64,000 bases of DNA from an uncultured Chloroflexia bacterium (GCA_963757865.1 CAVWSU010000013.1:410904-474903); one strand, 5' to 3'. Shown: positions 9,028 to 20,144, numbered from the stretch's first letter. Notes: generated from the letters alone by a model not told the origin. Program-made: numbers and translations.

Positions 9028-10758
9028 TCACGAGGAGCCTGCCCGCCACGCCGCGCCCGCCGCTCTTCGGCTCCGCGCCGACGTTGCGATCGGCAGCGTG
9101 AACGAGATCGACGTGCCCCGCTCTCGATCGTCGACCCAGATCTCCCCGCCGTGCGCCTCGACGAGCCGCCGGCAGACGTACAGGCCCAGCCCGCTCCCGG
9201 GGGTGTTGCCCTTGCGCGCCTGGCGGCCGCGATAGAAGCGCTCGAAGACCTCGTCACGTTCCGAGCGGTCGATGCCCGGCCCCTGGTCCTCGACGCTGAC
9301 CACCACCCGCCGGTCGCTGAAGCAGGCGCTGATCGAGATCCTGCCCTCCGGGCCACCGTGCTTCGCCGCGTTCGCGACGAGGTTGTCCAGGACCTGCGCG
9401 ATCCGGTCGGCGTCCACGTCCACGGCGGGCAGGTCGGGCGGCAGCAGGAGGTCGATCGGCGGCGTTCCGGGGGCGTCGCCGAACTCGGCCGCGATCCGCG
9501 AGGCGATCGCGGACAGAGACGCGGGTGCACGACGCAGGGCGATCCGGTCGCCCTCCAGGTGGGCCACGTCGAGGATCTCGTTGACGAGGCTCGTGAGCCT
9601 GCCGGCCGCGTTCCCGATTCCCTCCACCGCGCGGCGCCGGGCATCCTCGTCGAGGTCGAGGCCCAGCAGGGTGTCGACGTACGCCGTGATGAGGGCGAGC
9701 GGCGTGCGCAGGTCGTGCGAGACGGCCGCCACGAACGTCGAGCGCAGTTCGTCGAGCGCCCTGGCCGCACGGAGATCGTGGATCACGGCGACCGCACCGG
9801 CCCCCGCGCCGGTCATCGGCGCGTACGACGCGACCACGGGGATCTCCTCGTCGTGGCGGCCGATCACCGTCTGCTCGCGCCCGACGATGGGCGGCGCGCC
9901 CGCGAGGACTTCGGAGAACGGGCACCGCGGACCGCACCGCAGGGGATGTCCGTCGGTGCCCGGGCGTGGGCGTGTACAGCCGAGCACGTCGCGGCACGGT
10001 CCGGGCACCTCGTCGGGGGCCACGTCCAGCAGCGCGAGCGCCGCCTGGTTGAGGCGCACGACCGTGCCGTGCACGTCGACGGCGACGATCGCGTCGGTCG
10101 CCCCATCCAGGATCGCCGAGAGCAGGGACCGCTCACCCGCCAGGTCTTCGCGCAGCTGCGCCGCACGGAAGGCCATCGCGAGTTCGTGACGAACCCGCGG
10201 GAGGAAGCTGGGCAGCTCCCCCGCGCCGCGCGGCCGGCGCGAGGCCAGCGCGACGAATCCCACGGTGTGCTGTTCGAAGCCTTCGCCGGTGTCGTGGCTC
10301 TCCTCGAGGGCCACGCCGGCCCAGCCGCTGACTCCGCACCAGCGGGCCGCCGCCGCGGCGTCCTCGATCTCGGCCGGGGGCGCATCCGGTGCTCTCGCCG
10401 GAGCCGCGCCGTCGAACGCGCGTGCGACGAGGACCAGCGCGTTGCCGCCCGGCTGCGTGAGCCAGAGGGCGCCGGCCCAGGCGTCGTCGTGGCGGCGCAG
10501 TTCATCGAGGACGGCGGTGCCGAGCTCCGTGACGGAGGCGCCCGAGGCCAGCAGCTGGCTCAGCTGGTACTGGGCGAACATGGTGTCCGCCTCGCGCTGC
10601 GCGTCCTCGAACGAGCGCCATCGATCCGCCTCGAGCGCCGCCATCCGGAGACGGCCGGCTCGCCGGTCCGGGACCCGGCGCCGGTCGTCCGCGCCGGACT
10701 CGCGTTGTCCGCTCGAGCCCGGCGTGGCCCAGGGCGGGACGACGCCGCGCTGCGTCAT
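9028..10758 (-). CDS. Cytoplasmic PAS-domain sensor histidine kinase
   Basis: GAF-like N-terminus, PAS (ILDGATDAIVAVD..LNQAA), H-box VSHDLRTPL, NLVANAAKH, DQGPGI, GSGLGL. No evident TM helix. ATGA overlap with upstream dhaL paralogue. Confidence 0.92.
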   Translation of the reverse strand: MTQRGVVPPWATPGSSGQRESGADDRRRVPDRRAGRLRMAALEADRWRSFEDAQREADTMFAQYQLSQLLASGASVTELGTAVLDELRRHDDAWAGALWLTQPGGNALVLVARAFDGAAPARAPDAPPAEIEDAAAAARWCGVSGWAGVALEESHDTGEGFEQHTVGFVALASRRPRGAGELPSFLPRVRHELAMAFRAAQLREDLAGERSLLSAILDGATDAIVAVDVHGTVVRLNQAALALLDVAPDEVPGPCRDVLGCTRPRPGTDGHPLRCGPRCPFSEVLAGAPPIVGREQTVIGRHDEEIPVVASYAPMTGAGAGAVAVIHDLRAARALDELRSTFVAAVSHDLRTPLALITAYVDTLLGLDLDEDARRRAVEGIGNAAGRLTSLVNEILDVAHLEGDRIALRRAPASLSAIASRIAAEFGDAPGTPPIDLLLPPDLPAVDVDADRIAQVLDNLVANAAKHGGPEGRISISACFSDRRVVVSVEDQGPGIDRSERDEVFERFYRGRQARKGNTPGSGLGLYVCRRLVEAHGGEIWVDDRERGTSISFTLPIATSARSRRAAGAAWRAGSS

Positions 10759-11537
10759 GCGCGGCGTCCGGCAGCGTGACGGTGCGGCGGCAGCATGGCG
10801 CGGACGAGGAGGAAGCACGAGGTCGCGCCGGGATCCTGGTGCCCCCGCGACCGCTCGCCGAGGCGGAGGGCGAGACCACGACGCGCGACGAGCGGAGTCG
10901 TCGCGCGCATGCCTGCGTACGCCGCCCAGGCGGCCGCCCGGACGGCCCGTTCCACGGGCTCTCCGGCAGTCACCGCCGTCCGAAAGGCCACGGCAGCCGG
11001 CTGCAACGCATCGAGGATGGTCTTGTCGCCGGGGTCGCAGCGGCCCCGGCGCGCCAGGCCGCGAACCGCCGCGTCGAGCGCGTCCGCGAGCGCGGCCGGG
11101 TCCGCGCGCGTCGAACCACCCAGCGAGAAGCCCGCCTCGATGAACGCAGTCCCGTACAGCGGCCCGCTGGCGCCGCCGACGCTCGCGACCAGCACGTGGC
11201 CGGCGCTCCTGAGCAGCGCGCCCAGGTCGGCTGTCGGCGCCGCGTCGAGGCCCGCGCCGAGCACCGCGCCGAACCCGGTCGCCATGTTCTCGCCGTGATC
11301 GCCGTCGCCGAGTGCCGCGTCGAGCCGGTCCAGCAGGACGCGATGGCGCTGCAGTGCGCGAGTGACCCGGACCAAATACGCGACCAGCGCCACCCTGTCC
11401 ACGGGCTTCGCCCCGGCCGCACGGGCCGCGGCCAGGGCGTGCCGGTCGTGCGCACGGGTCGGGCGCGAGGGCCGCCGAACGGCGGCCCGAGTCCGCGCAC
11501 GGGCCTTCACCGGATCGGATACGCGGTCTATGCTCAT
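10755..11537 (-). CDS. DhaL (Dak2 ADP-binding subunit) paralogue 1, altered GRA motif
   Basis: LDAALGDGDHG, GGASGPLYG, GDKTILDAL, GERSRGHQDPGATS. Confidence 0.88.
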   Translation of the reverse strand: MSIDRVSDPVKARARTRAAVRRPSRPTRAHDRHALAAARAAGAKPVDRVALVAYLVRVTRALQRHRVLLDRLDAALGDGDHGENMATGFGAVLGAGLDAAPTADLGALLRSAGHVLVASVGGASGPLYGTAFIEAGFSLGGSTRADPAALADALDAAVRGLARRGRCDPGDKTILDALQPAAVAFRTAVTAGEPVERAVRAAAWAAYAGMRATTPLVARRGLALRLGERSRGHQDPGATSCFLLVRAMLPPHRHAAGRRA

Positions 11538-11614
11538 CCGGTTCGTAGTGTACGAGGCGGAATCGGCGCCGCGGGACCGTCGTGACGCGCCGCCCGGGCG
11601 GGCTCGGAGGAACG

Positions 11615-12031
11615 GTGGTCGGACTCGTCCTCGTGGCACACAGCCCGGAGCTTGTTCAGGGCCTCCGTGCCATGGTCGCGCAGGCCGCGCCGGGCGTCCC
11701 GGTCGGACTCGCGGCCGGCAGCGCCCAGGGCCGGCTGGGGACGAGCGCCCCGCAGGTGCTGGAGGCCCTGCACGAGACGCTCGCCGCGAGCCGTGGTGAC
11801 GGGGCGGTCGTCCTGGTCGACCTCGGGAGCGCCACGATGGCGGTCGAGATCGCGCTCGAGGAGGCCACCGAGGCGGAGCGCCGCCTCACCCGCCTGAGCC
11901 GCGGGCCCATCGTGGAGGGTGCCATCTTCGCCGCGATCGAGGCGGCGGCCGGTGCCGGCCTCGAGGCCGTGCTTGCGGCGGCCGACGCGGCAGCGGGCAT
12001 GCCCAAGTTCCCCGGTGACGAGCGCGGGTGA
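11615..12031 (+). CDS. DhaM-type PTS EIIA(Man)-fold phosphotransferase, paralogue 1
   Basis: VGLVLVAHS, LGTS, VLVDLGSA, PIVEGA. GGAGG RBS at 11606. Confidence 0.88.
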   Translation: MVGLVLVAHSPELVQGLRAMVAQAAPGVPVGLAAGSAQGRLGTSAPQVLEALHETLAASRGDGAVVLVDLGSATMAVEIALEEATEAERRLTRLSRGPIVEGAIFAAIEAAAGAGLEAVLAAADAAAGMPKFPGDERG

Positions 12032-12135
12032 TGCGATCGGGGCGCCGGCGCGTCCGTCCGACTGGCCCGGCTCGCCGCGCGCCATCGCCGCGCACGGAAT
12101 CGCGCTCGCTCCCCGCGGCGATGCGGAAAGAGCCG

Positions 12136-13020
12136 ATGAGCGCGACATGGGTCCGGGCCTGGCTGCGGGCGAGCGCCGCGGCCGTCGCCGAGCAGCGGGA
12201 ATGGCTCACGGACCTCGACGCCGCGATCGGGGACGGCGACCACGGTATCAACCTCGATCGCGGCATGCGGCGCGTCCTGGAGGCACTGGACGACGCGGAA
12301 ACGGCGGCGCTGCCGGCTGGGGAACTGCTCGAACGGGCCGGTCGGCTGATCTTGGGTTCGGTCGGGGGCGCGAGCGGCGCGTTGTACGGGCGTGCGCTCC
12401 AGCGCGCGGGCGCCGCCCTCACGGTCGAGGCCGACGCAGCCGCCGAGGCCGATCGAGCCGCCGCGGCCGATCGAGCCGCCGCGGCCGACCGAGCCGCCGA
12501 GGCCGATCGAGTCGCCGCAACCCGGCCCCCGGATGTCCCCGACGGGATGCGTGCCGCGGCAGGAGGCCCGCAGGCCGGCACCGGGCACGGCCCTGGTCAC
12601 GTCGCAGGGCGGGGCCGTGGCGGCCTTTCCGCGATCGGCCCCGGGCAGCGCACGACCGACCCGGTCCGCATGCTGGTCCTCTCGTTCGATGCTGCCGTGG
12701 AGGCCATCGCCGCCCTCGGCCGGGCCACCCCTGGGGACAAGACGATGCTCGACGCGCTGGTCCCCGCATCGCTTGCACTGCGCCGCTCCATGGACGCAGG
12801 CGATGACGTGGCGGAGGCGCTGTCACGGGCCGCAGAGGCCGCGGCGATGGGCATGGAGGAAACGAGGCCGCTCGTTGCGCGGCGCGGTCGCGCGAGCTAC
12901 CTCGGTGAGCGGTCCGCCGGCCATCTCGACCCCGGGGCAGCGTCCAGCCTCATGTTCGTGCGTGCGCTCGTGTCCACGTATCCCGGCGTCCCGCTGGAAC
13001 GGCGGCCTCCCGGCGACTGA
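12136..13020 (+). CDS. DhaL paralogue 2 with about 75-aa low-complexity insertion (start could be 12028-12136)
   Basis: LTDLDAAIGDGDHGIN, GGASGALYG, GDKTMLDAL, RGRASYLGERSAGHLDPGA. Confidence 0.88.
   Translation: MSATWVRAWLRASAAAVAEQREWLTDLDAAIGDGDHGINLDRGMRRVLEALDDAETAALPAGELLERAGRLILGSVGGASGALYGRALQRAGAALTVEADAAAEADRAAAADRAAAADRAAEADRVAATRPPDVPDGMRAAAGGPQAGTGHGPGHVAGRGRGGLSAIGPGQRTTDPVRMLVLSFDAAVEAIAALGRATPGDKTMLDALVPASLALRRSMDAGDDVAEALSRAAEAAAMGMEETRPLVARRGRASYLGERSAGHLDPGAASSLMFVRALVSTYPGVPLERRPPGD
12439..12510 (+). repeat. 4 x 18-bp in-frame repeat (AA[E/A]ADR) inside DhaL paralogue 2
   Basis: gccgccg(a/c)ggccga(t/c)cga at 12439, 12457, 12475 and 12493. Confidence 0.85.
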
Positions 13021-13172
13021 CCGCCCGCGTCGCACCTGGCCCGCGTCGCACCTGGCCCGTCTGGTACCTGCCCCGCGGATGCAACGGATGTCGCGACCGT
13101 CGTGGGCCGGCCCATACCCGACCGGCGCTACCGTCGTGTGGCGTGGCGGTGCCACGCGAAAGGAGGCCCACC

Positions 13173-13565
13173 GTGGTCGCATACGACAAGGACGAGCACG
13201 CGCGCCGCCAGGCCCGCGCTCTGAACGGCGGCGAGGGAGCTCGTTCGGACGACCCCCTCGACCCCCGTTCCGCTCACGGGAACTCGCCGGTCGACGCCAT
13301 GACCGAGAGCCGCGCGAACCCACCGGTTGACGACATGAACGAGACGGCCGGACGCGGGCCCCGCGAGTGGAACCGGCGGGAATGGGCCGGCGAGGCCCCG
13401 GCCGGATCCGAGTCGCAGCACTGGAACAAGAACGAATGGGCGGGGGAGTCCCCGGATCCTGACGCGGAGGAGCCCGGCGGAGCGATGCCGCCGGGCGAGG
13501 CCGGGCCCACCGGGCTCGGCCACAATCCCGGCGAGCAGCACTGGGCCGGCGACCGCAAGCCCTAG
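13173..13565 (+). CDS. Small acidic, probably disordered hypothetical protein with Trp-containing repeats
   Basis: Strong AAGGAGG RBS, GC3-biased codons, internal repeats EWNRREWAGE / HWNKNEWAGE / HWAGD. Confidence 0.7.
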   Translation: MVAYDKDEHARRQARALNGGEGARSDDPLDPRSAHGNSPVDAMTESRANPPVDDMNETAGRGPREWNRREWAGEAPAGSESQHWNKNEWAGESPDPDAEEPGGAMPPGEAGPTGLGHNPGEQHWAGDRKP

Positions 13566-14023
13566 CACGCCGCCCGGGCCGGAGGCCCTCGTCGAACTCC
13601 CGATCCAGTCAAATCGGAAGCGACCGGTAGTGACGCCGGTCGCTTCCTCGTGTCTGCCCACCGGCGTGGAGGTGACGCTGCCGTCGGCTGAAGGGGATCC
13701 CGCGCTCTGACATGCGCCGGATACAAGCGCGGCCCGTTCCGCGATCTAGACGATGTATTGAGATTTCGCAGCCCGATCGCGACGTACAGTGGTCCGGATA
13801 GGTACGGACGTAGCCGCCGGCGGTTTGCGTGTGCGCACGGGGGGAGCCGCACCGTGTCGGCGGTGGCTGGAAAGGAGGCCGCTCGGAGGACTTCGCTTCT
13901 TGCTCACCCCGGCCGGGGTTCCGAGTCCGACTTCCGATCCGGCGCCGCCCAAGCGCGCCGGCCACATTCCCCCGGTCGCGGTTCCGCGGAACCATCCCAT
14001 CCTTTTGAGGGAGTACACACGGG

Positions 14024-14782
14024 ATGACAGCTGAGAAGTTCCTCGCCGAGATCTTCGGCACGGGAATGCTCATCCTGCTCGGCGACGGCGTGGTCGCGGC
14101 AGTTCTTCTTTCCAAGTCGAAGGCCCAGAACTCGGGCTGGATCGTCATCACCACGGCATGGGCGCTCGCAGTGTTCTGCGGCGTCGTGATTGCCGGACCG
14201 ATCAGCGGCGCGCACCTGAACCCGGCCGTCACCATCGGCCTGGCCGTCATGGGCTCCCTGCATGCCGGATCCGGCATCGGCTGGGACGCGGTGCCCGGCT
14301 ACTGGGCAGCCGAGATGATCGGCGCCATGATCGGCGCCGCCCTCGTCGCGCTCCACTACTGGGATCACTTCAAGGTGACCGAGGACCAGGGCCTCAAGCT
14401 CGCGGTCTTCAGCACTGGCCCGAACATCCGCAATTACGGCCTGAACCTGATCTCGGAGATCATCGGCACGTTCGTGCTGGTGTTCCTTGTGTTCTCGTTC
14501 GGCCACAACGGCGATGCCTCCGGCCTCGCCTCGCTCGGCGCCCTCCCCGTCTCGCTGGTCGTCTGGTCGATCGGCCTGTCGCTCGGCGGCACGACCGGAT
14601 ACGCGATCAACCCCGCCCGCGACCTGGGCCCGCGCATCATCCACGCGGTCCTGCCGATCCCCGGCAAAGGCAAGTCGGACTGGGAATACTCGTGGGTGCC
14701 CGTGGTGGGCCCACTCATCGGCGGTGCCCTCGCGGCCGCTGTCTACTACGTCGGCTTCACCAACTACATCCTGGTGAAGTAG
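14024..14782 (+). CDS. glpF: Glycerol uptake facilitator (aquaglyceroporin)
   Basis: SGAHLNPAVT and GYAINPARDLGPR (NPA/NPARD) motifs, GAGG RBS. Confidence 0.96.
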   Translation: MTAEKFLAEIFGTGMLILLGDGVVAAVLLSKSKAQNSGWIVITTAWALAVFCGVVIAGPISGAHLNPAVTIGLAVMGSLHAGSGIGWDAVPGYWAAEMIGAMIGAALVALHYWDHFKVTEDQGLKLAVFSTGPNIRNYGLNLISEIIGTFVLVFLVFSFGHNGDASGLASLGALPVSLVVWSIGLSLGGTTGYAINPARDLGPRIIHAVLPIPGKGKSDWEYSWVPVVGPLIGGALAAAVYYVGFTNYILVK

Positions 14783-14908
14783 GCCATCGGAGCCTGAGCC
14801 GGTTGTCGCCGGCCTGACGCCGGTACCCGTGTCGCGCGTCCCGCCGTCGGCCCGCCACCGGGCCGGCCGGCGGCGGGCACGCCGGCAGGCATGACCGCAG
14901 GAGAACCG

Positions 14909-15907
<999 letters not shown>

Positions 15908-15961
15908 CCAACCCGCAGCTCGGGCGGATCACCTCGCACGAAAGGGAAGGTGCACGGGCGG

Positions 15962-16618
15962 ATGAGCGGGGCGACACCCATCACGTACGACGACGTCGTC
16001 GCCTGGATCAACACGTTCGCCGCAACCGTCAGGGACCAGAAGGAGTACCTCACCGGGCTCGATTCCGCGATCGGGGACGCCGACCACGGGATCAACATGG
16101 ACCGGGGCTTCCAGGCCGTGATCGGGAAGCTCCCGGGCCTGCCCACCCGCGACATCGGCGCCGCCTTCAAGTCCGTGGGGATGACGCTGGTATCGACCGT
16201 CGGCGGGGCGAGCGGTCCGTTGTACGGAACCTTCTTCCTCCAGCTCGGAACGGCCACCGTCGGCCGGGAGGCCATGGGGCTCGACGACCTCGTCACGGCG
16301 CTCGACGCCGGGGTCGCCGGGATCCAGCGGATCGGCAAGGCGGAATTGGGCGACAAGACCATGCTCGACACGCTGTTGCCGGCGCGGGACGCGCTGCGCG
16401 AGGCCGCCGCGTCCGGCGTCCCGCTGCAGGACGCCCTCGACCGCCTGGTCTCGGCCGCCGAGCAGGGGATGCTCGCGACCATCCCGCTCGTGGCCCGCAA
16501 GGGCCGCGCGAGCTACCTCGGGGAACGGAGCGCCGGCCACCAGGATCCCGGCGCGACGTCCTCCTATTTCCTCCTGAAGGCCGCCGCCGACACGTTCGCA
16601 GGGGCGGAGGCCAGGTAA
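15962..16618 (+). CDS. dhaL: Dihydroxyacetone kinase ADP-binding subunit (canonical copy)
   Basis: LDSAIGDADHG, GGASGPLYG, GDKTMLD, RKGRASYLGERSAGHQDPGATS. Directly after dhaK. Confidence 0.96.
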   Translation: MSGATPITYDDVVAWINTFAATVRDQKEYLTGLDSAIGDADHGINMDRGFQAVIGKLPGLPTRDIGAAFKSVGMTLVSTVGGASGPLYGTFFLQLGTATVGREAMGLDDLVTALDAGVAGIQRIGKAELGDKTMLDTLLPARDALREAAASGVPLQDALDRLVSAAEQGMLATIPLVARKGRASYLGERSAGHQDPGATSSYFLLKAAADTFAGAEAR

Positions 16619-16672
16619 CCAGGCCTCGTAGCCGGCGCCTGGGCCGGCGGGTCAACTAGCTGGGAGACACAC

Positions 16673-18172
16673 ATGGCGAAGTACGTCGGCGCCCTCGACC
16701 AGGGCACGACCAGCACCCGTTTCATGGTCTTCGACCACGCAGGCGGCGTGGTCGCGATCGACCAGAAGGAACACGAGCAGATCTATCCGAAGCCCGGATG
16801 GGTCGAGCACGATCCGCTGGAGATCTGGACGCGCAGCGTCGAGGTCATCCGCGGCGCGCTCGCCAAGGCGGGCATCACCGCGGCCGACCTGGCGGCGGTG
16901 GGCGTCACCAACCAGCGCGAGACGACGGTCGTCTGGGATCGCCGGACCGGCAAGCCCGTCTACAACGCGATCGTCTGGCAGGACACGCGCACGGACGTGA
17001 TCATCAACGAGTTCGCCAAGGACGGCGGCCAGGATCGCCTCCGCGCCAAGGTCGGACTCCCGCTGGCCACGTACTTCTCGGGCCCCAAGGTCAAGTGGGT
17101 CCTCGACAACGTCGAGGGCGCGCGCGCCAAGGCCGATGCCGGCGACCTCATGTTCGGCAACATCGACACCTGGTGCATCTGGAACCTCACCGGCGGCGTC
17201 GGTGGCGGCGTGCACGTGACGGACGTCACGAACGCCAGCCGCACCATGCTGATGAACCTCGAGACTCTCGACTGGGATCCCGAGATCCTGAAGCTCATGG
17301 GCATCCCGCGCTCCATGCTTCCGGCCATCAAGGCCTCGAGCGAGGTGTACGGCAAGGCCACGGGCGACCTGGCCGGCGTGCCGGTCGCAGGCGACCTCGG
17401 CGACCAGCAGGCAGCCCTCTTCGGCCAGACGTGCTTCTCCGCCGGCGAGGCGAAGAACACCTACGGCACCGGCTGCTTCATGCTCCTGAACACGGGCACC
17501 AAGGCGGTCCCGTCCAAGAGCGGCCTGCTCACGACCCTGGGCTACAAGATCGGCAGCGAGCCGGCCGTGTACGCCCTCGAGGGCTCGATCGCGATCACCG
17601 GGGCGCTCGTGCAGTGGCTGCGCGACAACCTCGGCATGATCAAGACCTCGCCCGAGATCGAGGAGCTCGCCAAGACGGTCGACGACAACGGCGGCGTGTA
17701 CTTCGTGCCGGCGTTCTCGGGACTGTTCGCCCCCTACTGGAAGAGCGACGCGCGTGGCGTCATCGCCGGCCTCACGCGCTACGTGAACAAGGGCCACATC
17801 GCACGAGCCGTGCTCGAGGCGACGGCCTGGCAGACCCGCGAGGTCCTGGATGCGATGAACGCCGACTCCGGCGTTCCGCTCACGGCCCTCAAGGTCGACG
17901 GCGGCATGGTCTACAACGACACCCTCATGCAGTTCCAGTCCGACGTCCTCGGCGTGCCGGTCGTTCGCCCGAAGGTGGCGGAGACGACGGCCCTCGGTGC
18001 CGCCTATGCGGCCGGCCTCGCGGTCGGCTTCTGGAGCGCCGTCGAGGATCTGCGCCAGAATTGGGCGAAGGACAAGGAATGGCAGCCCAAGATGGATGCC
18101 ACCACCCGCGAGACGGATCTCCGCCTCTGGAAGAAGGCCGTCACGAGGACCTTCGACTGGGTCGAGAACTGA
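16673..18172 (+). CDS. glpK: Glycerol kinase
   Basis: [51 protein letters not shown]. Confidence 0.98.
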   Translation: MAKYVGALDQGTTSTRFMVFDHAGGVVAIDQKEHEQIYPKPGWVEHDPLEIWTRSVEVIRGALAKAGITAADLAAVGVTNQRETTVVWDRRTGKPVYNAIVWQDTRTDVIINEFAKDGGQDRLRAKVGLPLATYFSGPKVKWVLDNVEGARAKADAGDLMFGNIDTWCIWNLTGGVGGGVHVTDVTNASRTMLMNLETLDWDPEILKLMGIPRSMLPAIKASSEVYGKATGDLAGVPVAGDLGDQQAALFGQTCFSAGEAKNTYGTGCFMLLNTGTKAVPSKSGLLTTLGYKIGSEPAVYALEGSIAITGALVQWLRDNLGMIKTSPEIEELAKTVDDNGGVYFVPAFSGLFAPYWKSDARGVIAGLTRYVNKGHIARAVLEATAWQTREVLDAMNADSGVPLTALKVDGGMVYNDTLMQFQSDVLGVPVVRPKVAETTALGAAYAAGLAVGFWSAVEDLRQNWAKDKEWQPKMDATTRETDLRLWKKAVTRTFDWVEN

Positions 18173-18220
18173 GCCTCTGAACGGATCCGGACCCCGAAGG
18201 GCCTGGTCGGAGACAAGCCA

Positions 18221-19405
18221 ATGAACGCCACGTTCCGTTCGCCAGCCCCGCACGTCGTGATCGTCGGCGGGGGAGGCACGGGTGGCGCCCTGGCCCTCGA
18301 CCTGGTCCTCCGGGGCATCCGGGTCACCCTCGTCGAACGCGGCGAGATCACGTCCGGTACCACCGGACGTCACCACGGACTGCTGCACAGCGGAGCGCGC
18401 TACGCGGTCAACGACGCCGAGTCCGCGGTCGAATGCATCGAGGAGAACAAGCTTCTGCGGCGCGTCGCGCCCGGATCGTTCGAGGAGAACGACGGGCTCT
18501 TCGTCGGGATCGACGACGAGGACATGGCGTACGGCGCGAAGCTCTTCGCGGCCTGCGGCGAGACCGGGATCCCGGCTCGCTGGCTGACGCCGGCCGAGGC
18601 GCTGCGCCTCGAACCCAACCTGAACCCTGCGCTGAAGGGCGCGATCCAGGTCCCCGACGCGACCTTCGACGCGATGCGCCTCCCGCTGCGGTGGTTCGCG
18701 ACCGCCCGCGCGAACGGCGCCATCATCCAGCCGTTCTGCGAGGTCAACGAGCTGATCGTCCGGGACGGGTGCGTCACGGGGGTGCGGGGGCGCGACCACC
18801 GGACGGAGAAGGACTTCGAGATCGGCGCGGACCTCGTCGTGAACGCGGCCGGGCCGTGGGCCGAGAAGATCGCCGCCATGGCCGGCGTCGACGTCCCGAT
18901 CCAGCCCTCGCCGGGCGTCCTCCTCGCGCTGCGCGGCCGGCTGTGCAACATGGTCGTCAACCGGATGCACAAGTCCGGCGACGGCGACATCGTCGTCCCG
19001 CAGCGCGCGCTCTCGATCGTCGGGACCAGCTCCTGGGTCGTCGAGGACCCGGACGACCTGGGCGTGCCCGAGGACCACGTGCAGCGCATGTACGCGGAGG
19101 GCGCGAAGATCATCCCTGCCGTCAGGTCCGCTCCCTTCCGCCAGGCGTGGTCGGCGGCCCGGCCGCTCATCGGGTCCCGGGGGGCATCGACGGGCCGCGA
19201 GCTGAGCCGGACGTTCAAGTGCTTCGATCACAGGGAGAGCGACGGAGTCGAGGGGTTCGTCACGATCTCCGGCGGAAAGGCGACCACGGCCCGGGCCATG
19301 GCCGAGACCACCGCCAACGTCGTCAGCGGCAAGCTCGGGATCGATGCGCCCTGCCGGACGCGCGACACCGTCCTGCTGCCCCACACCGCCTATTACGCTG
19401 CGTGA
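18221..19405 (+). CDS. FAD-dependent glycerol-3-phosphate dehydrogenase, GlpA-like, short form
   Basis: GGGGTG FAD motif, GTTGRHHGLLHSGARYAV, VNAAGPWA, ARPL, ISGGKATTARAMAE. Follows glpK. Confidence 0.85.
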   Translation: MNATFRSPAPHVVIVGGGGTGGALALDLVLRGIRVTLVERGEITSGTTGRHHGLLHSGARYAVNDAESAVECIEENKLLRRVAPGSFEENDGLFVGIDDEDMAYGAKLFAACGETGIPARWLTPAEALRLEPNLNPALKGAIQVPDATFDAMRLPLRWFATARANGAIIQPFCEVNELIVRDGCVTGVRGRDHRTEKDFEIGADLVVNAAGPWAEKIAAMAGVDVPIQPSPGVLLALRGRLCNMVVNRMHKSGDGDIVVPQRALSIVGTSSWVVEDPDDLGVPEDHVQRMYAEGAKIIPAVRSAPFRQAWSAARPLIGSRGASTGRELSRTFKCFDHRESDGVEGFVTISGGKATTARAMAETTANVVSGKLGIDAPCRTRDTVLLPHTAYYAA

Positions 19406-19409
19406 GCCG

Positions 19410-20144
19410 ATGAGCGACACGACCACTCTTCGCGTCCACCGCTTCAAGCAGGGCGACGAGGCCCCCCATCACGACCGCTTCGAGGTCCCCATCGGACCGC
19501 GCACCACCGTGCTCGACGCGCTCACGGCCATCAGGCGGACGCAGGACCCCAGCCTCACGCTCCGGCACTCCTGCTTCCACGCGTCGTGCGGCACGTGCGG
19601 CATGAAGGTCAACGATCGCGAGGTCCTGGCGTGCGTGACGAACGTCCGCGAACTGGGGTCGGCCGAGGTCGTGGTGGAACCCCTCGACAATGCGCCGGTG
19701 ATCAGCGACCTCGTCGTCGACATGGGGCCGTTCTTTGCGCGGTTCAATGCCGCCGATCGCCCGCTCGTGCGCGAGAGCGAACTCGTGCCGGGATCGCACA
19801 CGGCCGAAGGCATCCCGTATGCGGAGCGGTACGAGGACTGCATCGAGTGCGGCATCTGTGTCTCCGCGTGCCCGATCGCCGGCACGGACTCCACCTACCT
19901 CGGTCCCGCCGCCCTTGCGGCCGCTGACCGGGTCAGGGAGGAGCCGCGGGGCGCCGACGTCCCGTTCGTGATGCGTCTCGCCGACGACGCGCACGGCGCG
20001 TGGCGCTGTCACCTGGCCTTCGAGTGCACCGAGGCGTGCCCGTCGAACGTGGACCCGGCGGGCCATATCATGAAGCTGCGCGGCTCGCTCATCGGCCGTC
20101 GATGGCGACGGACGCCGGCGGAGCCCGTGGGGGCACGACGATGA
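19410..20144 (+). CDS. Succinate dehydrogenase/fumarate reductase-type iron-sulfur subunit (SdhB-like)
   Basis: SCFHASCGTC..LAC (2Fe-2S), CIECGICVSACP (4Fe-4S), CHLAFECTEACP (3Fe-4S), YLGPAAL. Confidence 0.92.
   Translation: MSDTTTLRVHRFKQGDEAPHHDRFEVPIGPRTTVLDALTAIRRTQDPSLTLRHSCFHASCGTCGMKVNDREVLACVTNVRELGSAEVVVEPLDNAPVISDLVVDMGPFFARFNAADRPLVRESELVPGSHTAEGIPYAERYEDCIECGICVSACPIAGTDSTYLGPAALAAADRVREEPRGADVPFVMRLADDAHGAWRCHLAFECTEACPSNVDPAGHIMKLRGSLIGRRWRRTPAEPVGARR

Noticed and set aside
18221-19405. Calling the flavoprotein SdhA because it precedes sdhBCD-like genes
   Set aside because: It is too short (394 aa), lacks SdhA motifs (SHT..A.GG, QFHPT) and has the GlpA signature HGLLHSGARY.
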